In this document: positions 26,468-35,262 of the stretch, piece after piece
Position numbering within the stretch: position 1 is the stretch's first letter
How the letters are laid out: each line of letters begins with the position of its first letter
Origin: an uncultured Gammaproteobacteria bacterium
GTDB lineage: Bacteria; Patescibacteriota; Microgenomatia; UBA10105; UBA927
Direction: 5' to 3'
Length of the DNA: 64,000 nt
NCBI GenBank assembly: GCA_964397755.1
Contig: CAYNJY010000002.1
Coordinates: 15,620 to 79,619 of the forward strand
Notes under the pieces: generated by a model
Databases searched by the model: none
The model's input: the letters and a program-made list of their open reading frames with translations, nothing else
What the model was told of the DNA's origin: nothing
Program-made: the position numbers and the translations under genes

Positions 26468-27364
26468 ATGCGGAACCCCTCGATGAGACTCGGGACAAGC
26501 TGGTGGAACTTTCTTCAAGCAATCACGTGTTTATTTATTGGTCTTGCCTTAGCCAGGCTATTGGTGTCACCGGTTGAGGCCGCGGTGGTGATTAATGAAT
26601 TTCTTCCGAATCCGGCAGGATCTGATACCAACGAGTGGGTGGAGTTTTATAATGGCGGCAGTTCGATTGAGGATCTCACCGACTACTTTTTTGATGACGA
26701 TAGCGACTTCTCCTCGGATAGCGGTTCATCTTCGAAAGTTGCTCTTTCAGGACTTCTGTCAGCACAAAGCACTTGCTTTTGGGAGTTGTCGTCCTACCTT
26801 AACAATAACGGAGACGTCCCAACCTTGTTTAGCCTCGCTGGAACAGTGGTGGATACCTATACGTATACAACAACCCAAGAGGACAAGTCATTTGCTCGGG
26901 TACCGGATGGAGGGTCGTGGCAAACTAATCAAACACAGACAAAGTCGTCAACGCGATGTAGTGATCTCGCTCCAACCCCAACACCCACACCTACCTCGAC
27001 CCCAACACCTACAGCGACGCCCACCTTAACTCCCACGCCGACCCCGGCGGCAACACCCACACCGACCCCCACTCCGACAGCCACGCCCAAACCTACGCCG
27101 ACCCCAACCGTAGCCGCGACCTCAACACCATCGCGCCAACTGACCCCTACGCCAACCAACACTCCTTCCCAGGTTCTGGGTACTGCCGCGCTAGCCACTC
27201 CTTCTTCCTCACCAACATCGGAGGCGTCAGCAGCTCCTCCACTCAAGCCGTTTATGATCGCATCCTCTTTCGTGGCTGCCGGGCTGGCGCTTCTGGCTGG
27301 GCTTTTGGCCTGGCAAAAGTGGGAGGCTGTCAAGAAAAATCAGCCTGAGCAAAACGAGGGTTGA
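26468..27364 (+). CDS. Lamin-tail-domain (LTD) surface protein with Thr/Pro-rich linker and C-terminal hydrophobic anchor
   Basis: [23 protein letters not shown] is the LTD signature. A (TP)n linker ([17 protein letters not shown]...) is followed by KPF, a TM segment and a charged tail. Confidence 0.6.
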   Translation: MRNPSMRLGTSWWNFLQAITCLFIGLALARLLVSPVEAAVVINEFLPNPAGSDTNEWVEFYNGGSSIEDLTDYFFDDDSDFSSDSGSSSKVALSGLLSAQSTCFWELSSYLNNNGDVPTLFSLAGTVVDTYTYTTTQEDKSFARVPDGGSWQTNQTQTKSSTRCSDLAPTPTPTPTSTPTPTATPTLTPTPTPAATPTPTPTPTATPKPTPTPTVAATSTPSRQLTPTPTNTPSQVLGTAALATPSSSPTSEASAAPPLKPFMIASSFVAAGLALLAGLLAWQKWEAVKKNQPEQNEG

Positions 27365-27381
27365 TCGGCTATACTTGAGGA

Positions 27382-27792
27382 ATGAAGTTTTGGCGGTGGT
27401 GGTGGCCGGTTATAGTCTGGATGTTTTTGATCTTTATTCTCTCTAGCCAAGAAAGTGTCCTCGTTTCGGATAAAAAGCTCGTCAATTTCCTCTTCTTTAA
27501 GACACTCCATGTGCTAGAGTATGCGCTTTTGTACGTTCTCTACTACCGAGCTTTGAAGAACAGCCTCTTTTCTGAGAAAGTAGTCAATATGTATGCGGTC
27601 GCATTTTTTTTGACTACTTTGTATGCGCTGACTGACGAAATTCATCAATCGTTCGTGCCCACCCGGGAAGGTAAGCTCCGCGATGTTATAATTGACGCCA
27701 TCGGAGGAGGTCTTTCATGGAGCCTTATCGAGTGGTTACCAAAAGCGCCGCCGAGACTTCGGCGCTTGGCAAAAATCTTGCGCGTCTTGTAA
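27382..27792 (+). CDS. VanZ-like membrane protein
   Basis: A small polytopic membrane protein with VanZ-like topology and motif (TDEIHQSFVP). Confidence 0.5.
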   Translation: MKFWRWWWPVIVWMFLIFILSSQESVLVSDKKLVNFLFFKTLHVLEYALLYVLYYRALKNSLFSEKVVNMYAVAFFLTTLYALTDEIHQSFVPTREGKLRDVIIDAIGGGLSWSLIEWLPKAPPRLRRLAKILRVL

Positions 27793-28163
27793 AACAGAGA
27801 AAAGGTCGCGTCGCGATGGTTTTTTGCTTTTACGGCGAGCTCGGGAGTGGGAAAACAACATCTATCCAAGGACTTGCAAAGGGGTTGGGAGTTTCCTCTC
27901 GCCTTCTCTCCCCCACGTTCATCATTGTACGACGTTATCTGTTTGACCAAAGAATTTTTTATCATATAGATCTCTATAGAACGAACGCCACCAGCGATCT
28001 ACTCGGGTTAGGACTTGAAGAAATGCTCAATGATCCGAAAGCTGTCGTTGCCATAGAATGGGCAGATAAACTCGGAGAGCTTCTTCCTTCTCAGCGAGTT
28101 GATATCGCATGTATGACTCACGTGAACGGAAGCCATTCGTTCCGTATAACAGAGTATGGATAA
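27717..28163 (+). CDS. tsaE: tRNA threonylcarbamoyladenosine biosynthesis protein TsaE
   Basis: Has the P-loop GELGSGKTT in a YjeE-like context. It overlaps the upstream ORF by 76 nt. Confidence 0.75.
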   Translation: MEPYRVVTKSAAETSALGKNLARLVKQRKGRVAMVFCFYGELGSGKTTSIQGLAKGLGVSSRLLSPTFIIVRRYLFDQRIFYHIDLYRTNATSDLLGLGLEEMLNDPKAVVAIEWADKLGELLPSQRVDIACMTHVNGSHSFRITEYG

Positions 28164-28764
28164 AGTAAAAACCATTAGGGAAGCTGCTGATATACTTCGG
28201 GAGGGCGGGATCGTCGTTTTTCCTACCGATACGGCGTTTGGCATAGGGTGTAGAATAGATCGGCCAGCTTCGGTGGACCGCCTTTTTGAAATCCGTAGGC
28301 GCCCCCGGACGCAGGCAACGCCGGTACTTATTTCTTCTCACGAAACGGCACTGACGTACTATTCTCCCCCACCAGATATTGTGCGACGATTAATGAGGAA
28401 ATACTGGCCAGGGGCGCTCACCATTATCGCCGCGTGTAAAAAAGAGCGTATGTACTCCCCTATTCGCGGGGGTGGTGAGACCGTCGGACTACGGATGCCA
28501 AACCATGAAGGAGTGCTTTCGCTCATCCGGGGCGTAGGGATACCTATCCTAGGACCATCGGCGAACTTTCACGGTTTACCAACCCCCTACCGCCTTGAGG
28601 ACATAGACCTAAACCTCGTTGCCTTGGTTGATGCGGTCGTTGCCGGCGTGTGCCCAGTCGGGAAAGTCTCTACGGTGGTGGACTGTTCCGTGGCTCCTGC
28701 GAAAATCATTCGGCAAGGAGCTCTTGATATTTCGGATGATCTTTCTGACAATAGATCTCTATGA
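28156..28764 (+). CDS. tsaC: L-threonylcarbamoyladenylate synthase (YrdC/Sua5 family)
   Basis: A YrdC domain (VVFPTDTAFGIGC...GGETVGLRMP). Confidence 0.8.
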   Translation: MDKVKTIREAADILREGGIVVFPTDTAFGIGCRIDRPASVDRLFEIRRRPRTQATPVLISSHETALTYYSPPPDIVRRLMRKYWPGALTIIAACKKERMYSPIRGGGETVGLRMPNHEGVLSLIRGVGIPILGPSANFHGLPTPYRLEDIDLNLVALVDAVVAGVCPVGKVSTVVDCSVAPAKIIRQGALDISDDLSDNRSL

Positions 28765-29096
28765 ATACGGCAGTACTTGAGATAGATAGCTCAGAACAGG
28801 ACACGGTGTCCGTGTTTCTCTCGGTTGGCGGGAGGCGAATTGAAGAGAAGAAGACGCGAGGTAGCCTCTCCCAGGAGCTCCTTCCTCTCATTGGTGCGCT
28901 CCTTCGTAAGCACAACCTCTCTGTCTCGTCAATTTCGTCAATGAAACTTCATACCGGCCCCGGTTCATTTACCGGCCTTCGTGTTGGCGCGGCCGTTGCG
29001 AATTGCCTTGGCTGGTTACTCTCTGTTCCGCTCAACAACGAGAAACCAGGCGAGCCGGTATACCCTGATTACGAGAACAAGGCCGATACTCGCTAG
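28761..29096 (+). CDS. tsaB: Short TsaB-like protein (N-terminal YeaZ domain only, 111 aa)
   Basis: Carries the GPGSFTGLRVG motif, at about half the usual TsaB length. Confidence 0.5.
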   Translation: MNTAVLEIDSSEQDTVSVFLSVGGRRIEEKKTRGSLSQELLPLIGALLRKHNLSVSSISSMKLHTGPGSFTGLRVGAAVANCLGWLLSVPLNNEKPGEPVYPDYENKADTR

Positions 29097-29125
29097 CAAT
29101 TTTTCCAAAACCTCAGTAAGATGGA

Positions 29126-30010
29126 ATGAGTATGCCATTTCGGGTCGTCGCTCATTTTTTCATCCCACACGAAAGCAATAACCATCGCCCCAAAGCGCTC
29201 CACGTCGACGCGCTCTTCGCGTATGTCCTTCTTCTGCTCGTGTTTAACTTTGTCGTCCGAATGCTTCATAGGTCACTCCCAGACGTCTTAGGCTATGCTA
29301 CCGATATTCGCGTCGAGCAGCTCTTTGCGGCAACAAACGCCAAACGACAGGAAGCAGGGCTGTCGCCACTCTCGCTTAACCAGTCACTGTCTGCCGCAGC
29401 AGCAAAAAAAGCGAGCGACATGTTTGCCAAAGATTATTGGGCGCATACGAGCCCGAATAACAAAACGCCGTGGGATTTTTTGCTGGGAGAAGGCTACCAA
29501 TATACCTTGGCCGGTGAAAATCTTGCAAAAAATTTTTCAACGAGCAAGCAGGTGGTCGACGCGTGGGTAGCGTCCCCGACTCATCGGGATAATATCAACA
29601 AGCCGGGATACCGCGAAATCGGATTTGCCGTAGTAAACGGAATTCTCAACGGTGAAGAAACGACGCTCGTTGTTCAAATGTTTGGTACTCCCGCGCCGTC
29701 GGAGACAATGATCCCGTCGACGAGTGAGGAAGTCCGCGTTCCGGTCGTTGCCAGAGCACCTGGTCTATCCTCAAGCGTCGCACCCGCGTCACTCGGTGTC
29801 ATGAAGACGCCTCGGATTGATATTCCGTCAGTGACCAAAAATGCAGTATCCGCGCTGTTTGGTGTTGTCGTCGGAGCGCTTCTCATTGACGGCGTCTTCG
29901 TCTATCGCCGCAGAACAGTCCGACTCACTGGACACAACGTCGCGCACCTCATGTTTCTCGGGACAATGTTTTCGTTCTTTACGTTTCTTCCCCAAGGGAC
30001 TTTGCTATGA
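29126..30010 (+). CDS. CAP/SCP/PR1-like domain protein, membrane anchored
   Basis: A CAP domain (YWAHTSPN...GENLAKNFST...AWVASPTHRDN) flanked by hydrophobic segments. Confidence 0.65.
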   Translation: MSMPFRVVAHFFIPHESNNHRPKALHVDALFAYVLLLLVFNFVVRMLHRSLPDVLGYATDIRVEQLFAATNAKRQEAGLSPLSLNQSLSAAAAKKASDMFAKDYWAHTSPNNKTPWDFLLGEGYQYTLAGENLAKNFSTSKQVVDAWVASPTHRDNINKPGYREIGFAVVNGILNGEETTLVVQMFGTPAPSETMIPSTSEEVRVPVVARAPGLSSSVAPASLGVMKTPRIDIPSVTKNAVSALFGVVVGALLIDGVFVYRRRTVRLTGHNVAHLMFLGTMFSFFTFLPQGTLL

Positions 30011-30255
30011 AGCACGCCCAGCGTATCCATTTTTTGATTCTTGTCGTTCTCCTATTGGGTGGTGTTGCGACATTCTTTTCTGTCACCGGTGACCGTACGC
30101 TGCAAGTCATTACCGGCGTTCTCACTGCTACCGCGTACGTCACTTGGGGCATCATGCATCACAGCCTCCAAGGCGATTTGCACCCGCGCGTTGTGGTAGA
30201 ATACATTCTTATCGGCGCAATGGCCGTTGTAGCGATAGTAACGATCGCACGCTAG
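30007..30255 (+). CDS. Small two-TM membrane protein
   Basis: 82 aa with two hydrophobic helices. Translationally coupled to the upstream gene. Confidence 0.3.
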   Translation: MKHAQRIHFLILVVLLLGGVATFFSVTGDRTLQVITGVLTATAYVTWGIMHHSLQGDLHPRVVVEYILIGAMAVVAIVTIAR

Positions 30256-30267
30256 GAAGCGTACCAT

Positions 30268-31017
30268 ATGAAAGGAGTCGTTCTTGCTGGAGGGGTTGCT
30301 ACCCGACTGAGACCTCTGACGCTTGTCACCAACAAGCATCTTCTTCCTGTCTACAATAAACCGATGATTTTCTATCCAATGGAAACAATGCAGAAAGTCG
30401 GAATCAAAGAGGTCCTCCTTACGACAGCGGGTGACCATGTCGGAGATTTCGCGAATTTACTCAAGTCCGGAGAGGATTTCAACCTACGTCTTTACTATGC
30501 GATCCAGCAGAATCCAACCGGCGGTATTGCCGACGCGCTGGCGCTGGCCGAAGAGTTCGCGCGAAATGAACCTATTCTGGTCATTTTGGGCGACAACATT
30601 TTCAACTTTGACCTCAAAGCTTCCCTTGCCAAATTTGAAACGCAGATACAAAACAGCGGCAAGGGAGCGATGGTTTTTGGCGTCCATCGCAACACCGAGG
30701 CTCGGCAATACGGAGTAATAGATATGGATAGTAAAGGGAGAGTCCTGTCGATCGAAGAGAAGCCGGAAACGCCAAAATCCGATATCGCGCAAACCGGTAT
30801 ATATGTGTACGACAGACGGCCGTTTGAGTTCATCCGCCGGCTTAAACCGTCAGCACGAGGTCAACTCGAAGTGACGGATCTGAACAATATGTACCTCGAA
30901 GAAGGAACACTTCTATGCGAAGTGATCGATTGGTGGGTGGACGCAGGCACATCCCATGACGAGCTTCTCCGGGCCAACGTTCAGGTAGCGGAATTCGTCA
31001 AACAAGGGAAACTATAG
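30268..31017 (+). CDS. rmlA: Glucose-1-phosphate thymidylyltransferase-like sugar nucleotidyltransferase (short form)
   Basis: Has the GXGTRL motif (LAGGVATRLRPLT). rmlB follows directly. Confidence 0.7.
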   Translation: MKGVVLAGGVATRLRPLTLVTNKHLLPVYNKPMIFYPMETMQKVGIKEVLLTTAGDHVGDFANLLKSGEDFNLRLYYAIQQNPTGGIADALALAEEFARNEPILVILGDNIFNFDLKASLAKFETQIQNSGKGAMVFGVHRNTEARQYGVIDMDSKGRVLSIEEKPETPKSDIAQTGIYVYDRRPFEFIRRLKPSARGQLEVTDLNNMYLEEGTLLCEVIDWWVDAGTSHDELLRANVQVAEFVKQGKL

Positions 31018-32034
31018 ATGAGACTCCTCGTGACCGGCGGCGCCGGCTTCATCGGTTCGAATTTTGTCCTCTACTGGATGGCGCATCATCCAGGTGATGA
31101 CATTGTGAATCTTGATGCGCTTACGTACGCAGGGAATCTCGAAAACTTGATTTCTGTTGCCGAGAACCCGCGGTATCGGTTTACCAAGGCTGATATTTGT
31201 GATGCGAAGGGTGTGGCGGCGGCAATGGCGGGCGTTGATATCGTCGTACATTTTGCGGCAGAAACCCACGTTGATCGATCAATCCTTGAACCGGCCCCGT
31301 TTATCATGACGAATGTTATTGGGACACAGATTCTTCTTGAGCAGGCGTTGAAAGCAAAGGTCAAACGATTTCATCACATCTCGACAGACGAGGTGTTCGG
31401 GTCGCTCGAACTTGATGATTTGAATAAATTTAGTGAACGAACATCTTACGATCCCAGAAGTCCATATTCAGCAAGTAAAGCAGCTTCAGATCACCTTGTA
31501 CGAGCGTTCTACCATACGTACGGTTTGCCGGTTACCATAACCAACTGTTCAAACAACTACGGTCCGTATCAGTTCCCTGAGAAGCTTATACCCCTTACTA
31601 TCACCAATATTCTTGAAGGCAAAAAGGTTCCCGTCTATGGTGACGGCTTGCATGTCCGCGACTGGCTCTACGTTGAGGATCACTCGAGGGCAATAGAGTT
31701 GGTGCTTGAGAAAGGCAAGGTCGGCGAAACCTACTGTGTCGGCGGACTTAGAAAGGACCTGAATAATAGTACGATTATCAGAAAAATTTTCTCACTCATG
31801 GGGGCGGATGAATCGGTGGTAGAGTACGTGAAGGATAGGCCTGGTCATGACCGCCGCTACGCTATCGACTGGACGAAAATTAAAAGCGAACTCGGGTGGG
31901 TGCCTCAGCATGACTTCGATACGTGGCTTGCCAAAACCATTGATTGGTACCGGGCCAACCAGTCTTGGTGGAGGAGAGTCAAAAGCGGTGAGTATCAAAA
32001 ATATTATCGTCAACAGTACCAAGGCGCATCATGA
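31018..32034 (+). CDS. rmlB: dTDP-glucose 4,6-dehydratase
   Basis: TGGAGFIGSNF plus YxxxK in an extended SDR; 338 aa. Confidence 0.85.
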   Translation: MRLLVTGGAGFIGSNFVLYWMAHHPGDDIVNLDALTYAGNLENLISVAENPRYRFTKADICDAKGVAAAMAGVDIVVHFAAETHVDRSILEPAPFIMTNVIGTQILLEQALKAKVKRFHHISTDEVFGSLELDDLNKFSERTSYDPRSPYSASKAASDHLVRAFYHTYGLPVTITNCSNNYGPYQFPEKLIPLTITNILEGKKVPVYGDGLHVRDWLYVEDHSRAIELVLEKGKVGETYCVGGLRKDLNNSTIIRKIFSLMGADESVVEYVKDRPGHDRRYAIDWTKIKSELGWVPQHDFDTWLAKTIDWYRANQSWWRRVKSGEYQKYYRQQYQGAS

Positions 32035-32921
32035 TGAACATACTCGGAACGGGCTTGTCTGGGCTAATCGGCTCAAGGGTGGTGGAGCTTCTTTCGTCAG
32101 AGGTTAATTTTAACAATATTAGTCTAGAGACTGGCGTTGATATCACCGATTATCTCGCGGTTGAAAAACACCTCAAGCAAAATGATGGCAGGTGGGTGTG
32201 GCATTTTGCCGCCGCAACTGATGTCGCAGCCGCCGAAAAAGAGCGGAGCCAAGCTCAAGAGTCGGTTTCGTGGAAAGTCAATGTTGAAGCCACGAGAAAC
32301 ATTGCCCAGATTTGCCAACAGCTGGGCAAACATCTGTTGTATCTGTCGACTGATTATGTTTTTAGAGGAACGCAGGAGTTTTATACCGAGAGAGAAGAGC
32401 CTAATCCTGAGGGTTGGTATGCCACAACGAAATACGAAGGCGAAAAAATCGTCTTAGCGCTTGGCGAGTTGGGACTGGTCGTGCGACTTTCCAACCCCTA
32501 TCGCGCCAATCCAGTTGGCAAGCGGGATTTTGTCCACAAAATGATGGATAGGTTCGCCTCAGGCCAACCAATTGCAGCGCCTTCTGATTCTCGCTTTAAT
32601 CCTACCTTTGTTGACGATTTGACTTATGTGCTCAAAACTTTGGTTGAAACCAACGCTTCTGGAGTTTATCATGCGGGTGGCGGTGGGGGTTTGTCGCAGT
32701 ATGAGGCGGCTATGGCTATCTGCGACACCTTCGGTTATAAGCGAGAATTAGTGAGCCCGACAACGTTTGTGCAATTTATCGAGGGACGAGCGCCATTTCC
32801 TAAGTTGGCGATACTCGCCAATGGCAAAATTGAAAAATTGGGACTCAGGATGCGCACCTTCTCTGAAGGTCTGGTCGAAGTGAAACGGCAGGAAAAGAGA
32901 ATAGCCCAAAGTCTGGCCTGA
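32031..32921 (+). CDS. rmlD: dTDP-4-dehydro-6-deoxyhexose reductase (RmlD-like)
   Basis: An RmlD-like substrate-binding SDR, coupled to rmlB. Confidence 0.65.
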   Translation: MMNILGTGLSGLIGSRVVELLSSEVNFNNISLETGVDITDYLAVEKHLKQNDGRWVWHFAAATDVAAAEKERSQAQESVSWKVNVEATRNIAQICQQLGKHLLYLSTDYVFRGTQEFYTEREEPNPEGWYATTKYEGEKIVLALGELGLVVRLSNPYRANPVGKRDFVHKMMDRFASGQPIAAPSDSRFNPTFVDDLTYVLKTLVETNASGVYHAGGGGGLSQYEAAMAICDTFGYKRELVSPTTFVQFIEGRAPFPKLAILANGKIEKLGLRMRTFSEGLVEVKRQEKRIAQSLA

Positions 32922-32954
32922 AGTTGTCCTTTCCGTTATAATGGGGGAAACCTG

Positions 32955-32981
32955 GGACGCGGGAGCGCGTCCATACTTTTT
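32955..32981 (+). terminator. GC-rich hairpin (GGACGCG/CGCGTCC, GGAG loop) followed by T5, between rmlD and ugd
   Basis: The hairpin is at 32955-32972, and the U-tract ends 3 nt before the ugd ATG. Confidence 0.35.
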
Positions 32982-32983
32982 CT

Positions 32984-34282
32984 ATGACGATTGCCTTTGT
33001 TGGACACGGCTATGTGGGACTGGTGACGGCGGCGGTCTTTGCGGATTTAGGGAACACCGTCTGGGTGGTGGGGAGGACAAAGGAAAAAATTGAAAAGCTC
33101 AAGAAAGGGACGGTCCCGTTTTATGAGCCAGGACTCGCCGAATTAGTGAAACGCAACGTCGAGGCGAGACGGTTACTCTTTACGCTCGATTACGGCGAGG
33201 CAGTCCCGCCGTCGAGTATTATTTTTATTTGCGTTGGAACGCCCTCGAAAGACAACGGGGAGGCAGATTTGGGGAGTGTGTTTGACGCGGCAGGAAAGAT
33301 AGGGAAAAGCATGGTCGGCTATAAAGTTGTTGCCACCAAGAGCACGGTTCCTCCAGGGACAAATAAGAAGATAGTCGAAATTATAATGAAGGCGAAGCCC
33401 GAAGGGTCCTCCTTTGCGATTGCGTCCGTCCCTGAATTTTTGCGGGAAGGTAGCGCAATCGCAGACACGCTCCGCCCGGATCGGGTGGTCATCGGTACCA
33501 CCTCCGATCGGGCCGAGGCCATGCTTCTGGAGCTTCATACATCCATCGACGGCAAGGTGGTCTTGTGCAACGTCGAGACTGCGGAGCTTATCAAATACGC
33601 TTCCAATGCTCTGCTCTCTACCAAGATATCTTTTGCGAACGCCGTCTCTTTTCTGTCTGAGAAAGTCGGTGCCGATGTTGAGAAAGTGCTCGAAGGGGTG
33701 GGTCTTGACCGTCGTATCGGCCGGAGTTTTCTTTTCCCCGGCGTCGGCTACGGCGGGAGCTGCTTCCCCAAAGATGTGAAGGCACTTATATCGATCGCAG
33801 CAGAGTATGGGTACGCGTTTAACTTACTGAAAGCTGTCGATGAAATAAATCGTCAAGCAGTGCTTAACTTTGTTGATAAAATCACTCGACACTTTCATGG
33901 GAAGGTTACGGGCCAAAAAATTGCGGTGCTCGGTCTCTCATTTAAGCCGAACACGGATGATATGCGTGAAGCCCCATCGATCGGAATTATTACCGAGCTT
34001 GTCAAACGTGGGGCGCTGATTAAAGCCTATGATCCTGTGGCTATGAACAATGCAAAGCAGGTATTGCCGAAAGGAGTCATATATGCCAGGGATGCTTACC
34101 AGGCAGCCGCAGGGGTGGACGCAGTAGCGGTCGTTACCGAGTGGAACGAGTTTCTTCAGCTTGACCTCGTACGTCTTGCAAAAAGGATGAAGAGTTTGGT
34201 ATTGTTTGATGGTCGAAACATATATGATCCTGCCCGAGCCAAACAACTAGGTTTTTTGTACTACGGTATCGGGCGAATGTAA
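32984..34282 (+). CDS. ugd: UDP-glucose 6-dehydrogenase family
   Basis: An N-terminal GxGxxG (VGHGYVGL), a catalytic Cys region (GGSCFPKD), and 432 aa. Confidence 0.85.
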   Translation: MTIAFVGHGYVGLVTAAVFADLGNTVWVVGRTKEKIEKLKKGTVPFYEPGLAELVKRNVEARRLLFTLDYGEAVPPSSIIFICVGTPSKDNGEADLGSVFDAAGKIGKSMVGYKVVATKSTVPPGTNKKIVEIIMKAKPEGSSFAIASVPEFLREGSAIADTLRPDRVVIGTTSDRAEAMLLELHTSIDGKVVLCNVETAELIKYASNALLSTKISFANAVSFLSEKVGADVEKVLEGVGLDRRIGRSFLFPGVGYGGSCFPKDVKALISIAAEYGYAFNLLKAVDEINRQAVLNFVDKITRHFHGKVTGQKIAVLGLSFKPNTDDMREAPSIGIITELVKRGALIKAYDPVAMNNAKQVLPKGVIYARDAYQAAAGVDAVAVVTEWNEFLQLDLVRLAKRMKSLVLFDGRNIYDPARAKQLGFLYYGIGRM

Positions 34283-34293
34283 GAGGAGACACC

Positions 34294-35253
34294 ATGGCTG
34301 CCAAAAGAGCATTTATCACTGGAATCGCAGGATTTGCAGGAAGTCACCTCGCGGAGCACCTCCTCTCAAGGGGATTTGATGTGTACGGGCTCTGTCGGCC
34401 GAGAAGTAAAACAGACAATATCGAAACAATAAAAGCTAAACTTCATTTAGAAGATGCGGATCTTCTTGACTCCCACAGCCTCTACACGACAATAGCACGG
34501 ATAAAGCCACAGTATATCTTTCACTTGGCTGCTCAGTCGTTTGTGCCCACATCGTGGGGATCTCCGTCTGTGACGCTAGAGGTAAACATTGTGGGATCTG
34601 CGAATATTTTTGAGGCAGTTCGGCAGGTTGGGATTGATCCAGTGATCCAAATAGCGTGTTCCTCAGAAGAGTACGGACTCGCGCAACCAAACGAAATGCC
34701 AATTAAGGAGACAAATCCGTTGCGTCCGCTTTCGCCGTACGCAGTCTCGAAGGTGGCAATGGACTATCTTGGGTATCAGTATTATCAATCATATAGAATG
34801 AGGATCGTTCGCACACGGGGATTTAATCACACAGGGCCGCGACGTGGCGAGACGTTTGCGGAATCAAACTTTGCAAAGCAGATAGCGCTTATCGAAAAAG
34901 GGAAACAAGAGCCAGTTATCTCCGTTGGCAATCTTGACGCGGCGCGTGATTATACCGACGTTCGGGATATGGTGCGAGCATACCTTTTGGCAGTTGAGAA
35001 GTGCGATCCGGGTGATGTGTATAACATCTGTACGGGAACATCCATTCGCATTGGCGACATGCTGAAACTGTTGCTTTCTTTTAGTAAAGTTAAAGCGGAG
35101 ATTAGGACCGACCCTTCCAGGATGCGGCCATCAGACGTACCGATTCTCATCGGCGACAATACGAAGTTTGTAAAAAGGACCGGATGGAAGCTTGAGATTC
35201 CTTTCAATAAAACAATGGAAGACCTTCTCAACTACTGGCGGCAGCGTGTGTAA
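34294..35253 (+). CDS. NAD-dependent epimerase/dehydratase (extended SDR; GDP-mannose-4,6-dehydratase / Rmd / UXS-like)
   Basis: An ITGIAGFAGSHL N-terminus and 319 aa. Confidence 0.65.
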   Translation: MAAKRAFITGIAGFAGSHLAEHLLSRGFDVYGLCRPRSKTDNIETIKAKLHLEDADLLDSHSLYTTIARIKPQYIFHLAAQSFVPTSWGSPSVTLEVNIVGSANIFEAVRQVGIDPVIQIACSSEEYGLAQPNEMPIKETNPLRPLSPYAVSKVAMDYLGYQYYQSYRMRIVRTRGFNHTGPRRGETFAESNFAKQIALIEKGKQEPVISVGNLDAARDYTDVRDMVRAYLLAVEKCDPGDVYNICTGTSIRIGDMLKLLLSFSKVKAEIRTDPSRMRPSDVPILIGDNTKFVKRTGWKLEIPFNKTMEDLLNYWRQRV

Positions 35254-35262
35254 TTCCTCGAT

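Noticed and set aside
26940-27180. Periodic short DNA repeats (ccnacncc) that might be mistaken for a repeat array or CRISPR
   Set aside because: The repeats have no spacer structure, sit inside an intact ORF, and encode the TP-rich linker.
26929-27333. Minus-strand ORF of 134 aa rich in GVGVGV
   Set aside because: It is the antisense reading of the (Thr-Pro)n linker coding repeat (ACNCCN periodicity) of the LTD protein, so it is a low-complexity artefact.
32937-32942. TATAAT hexamer upstream of the hairpin before ugd
   Set aside because: There is no -35 at proper spacing, and a promoter placed immediately upstream of a terminator hairpin is unlikely.
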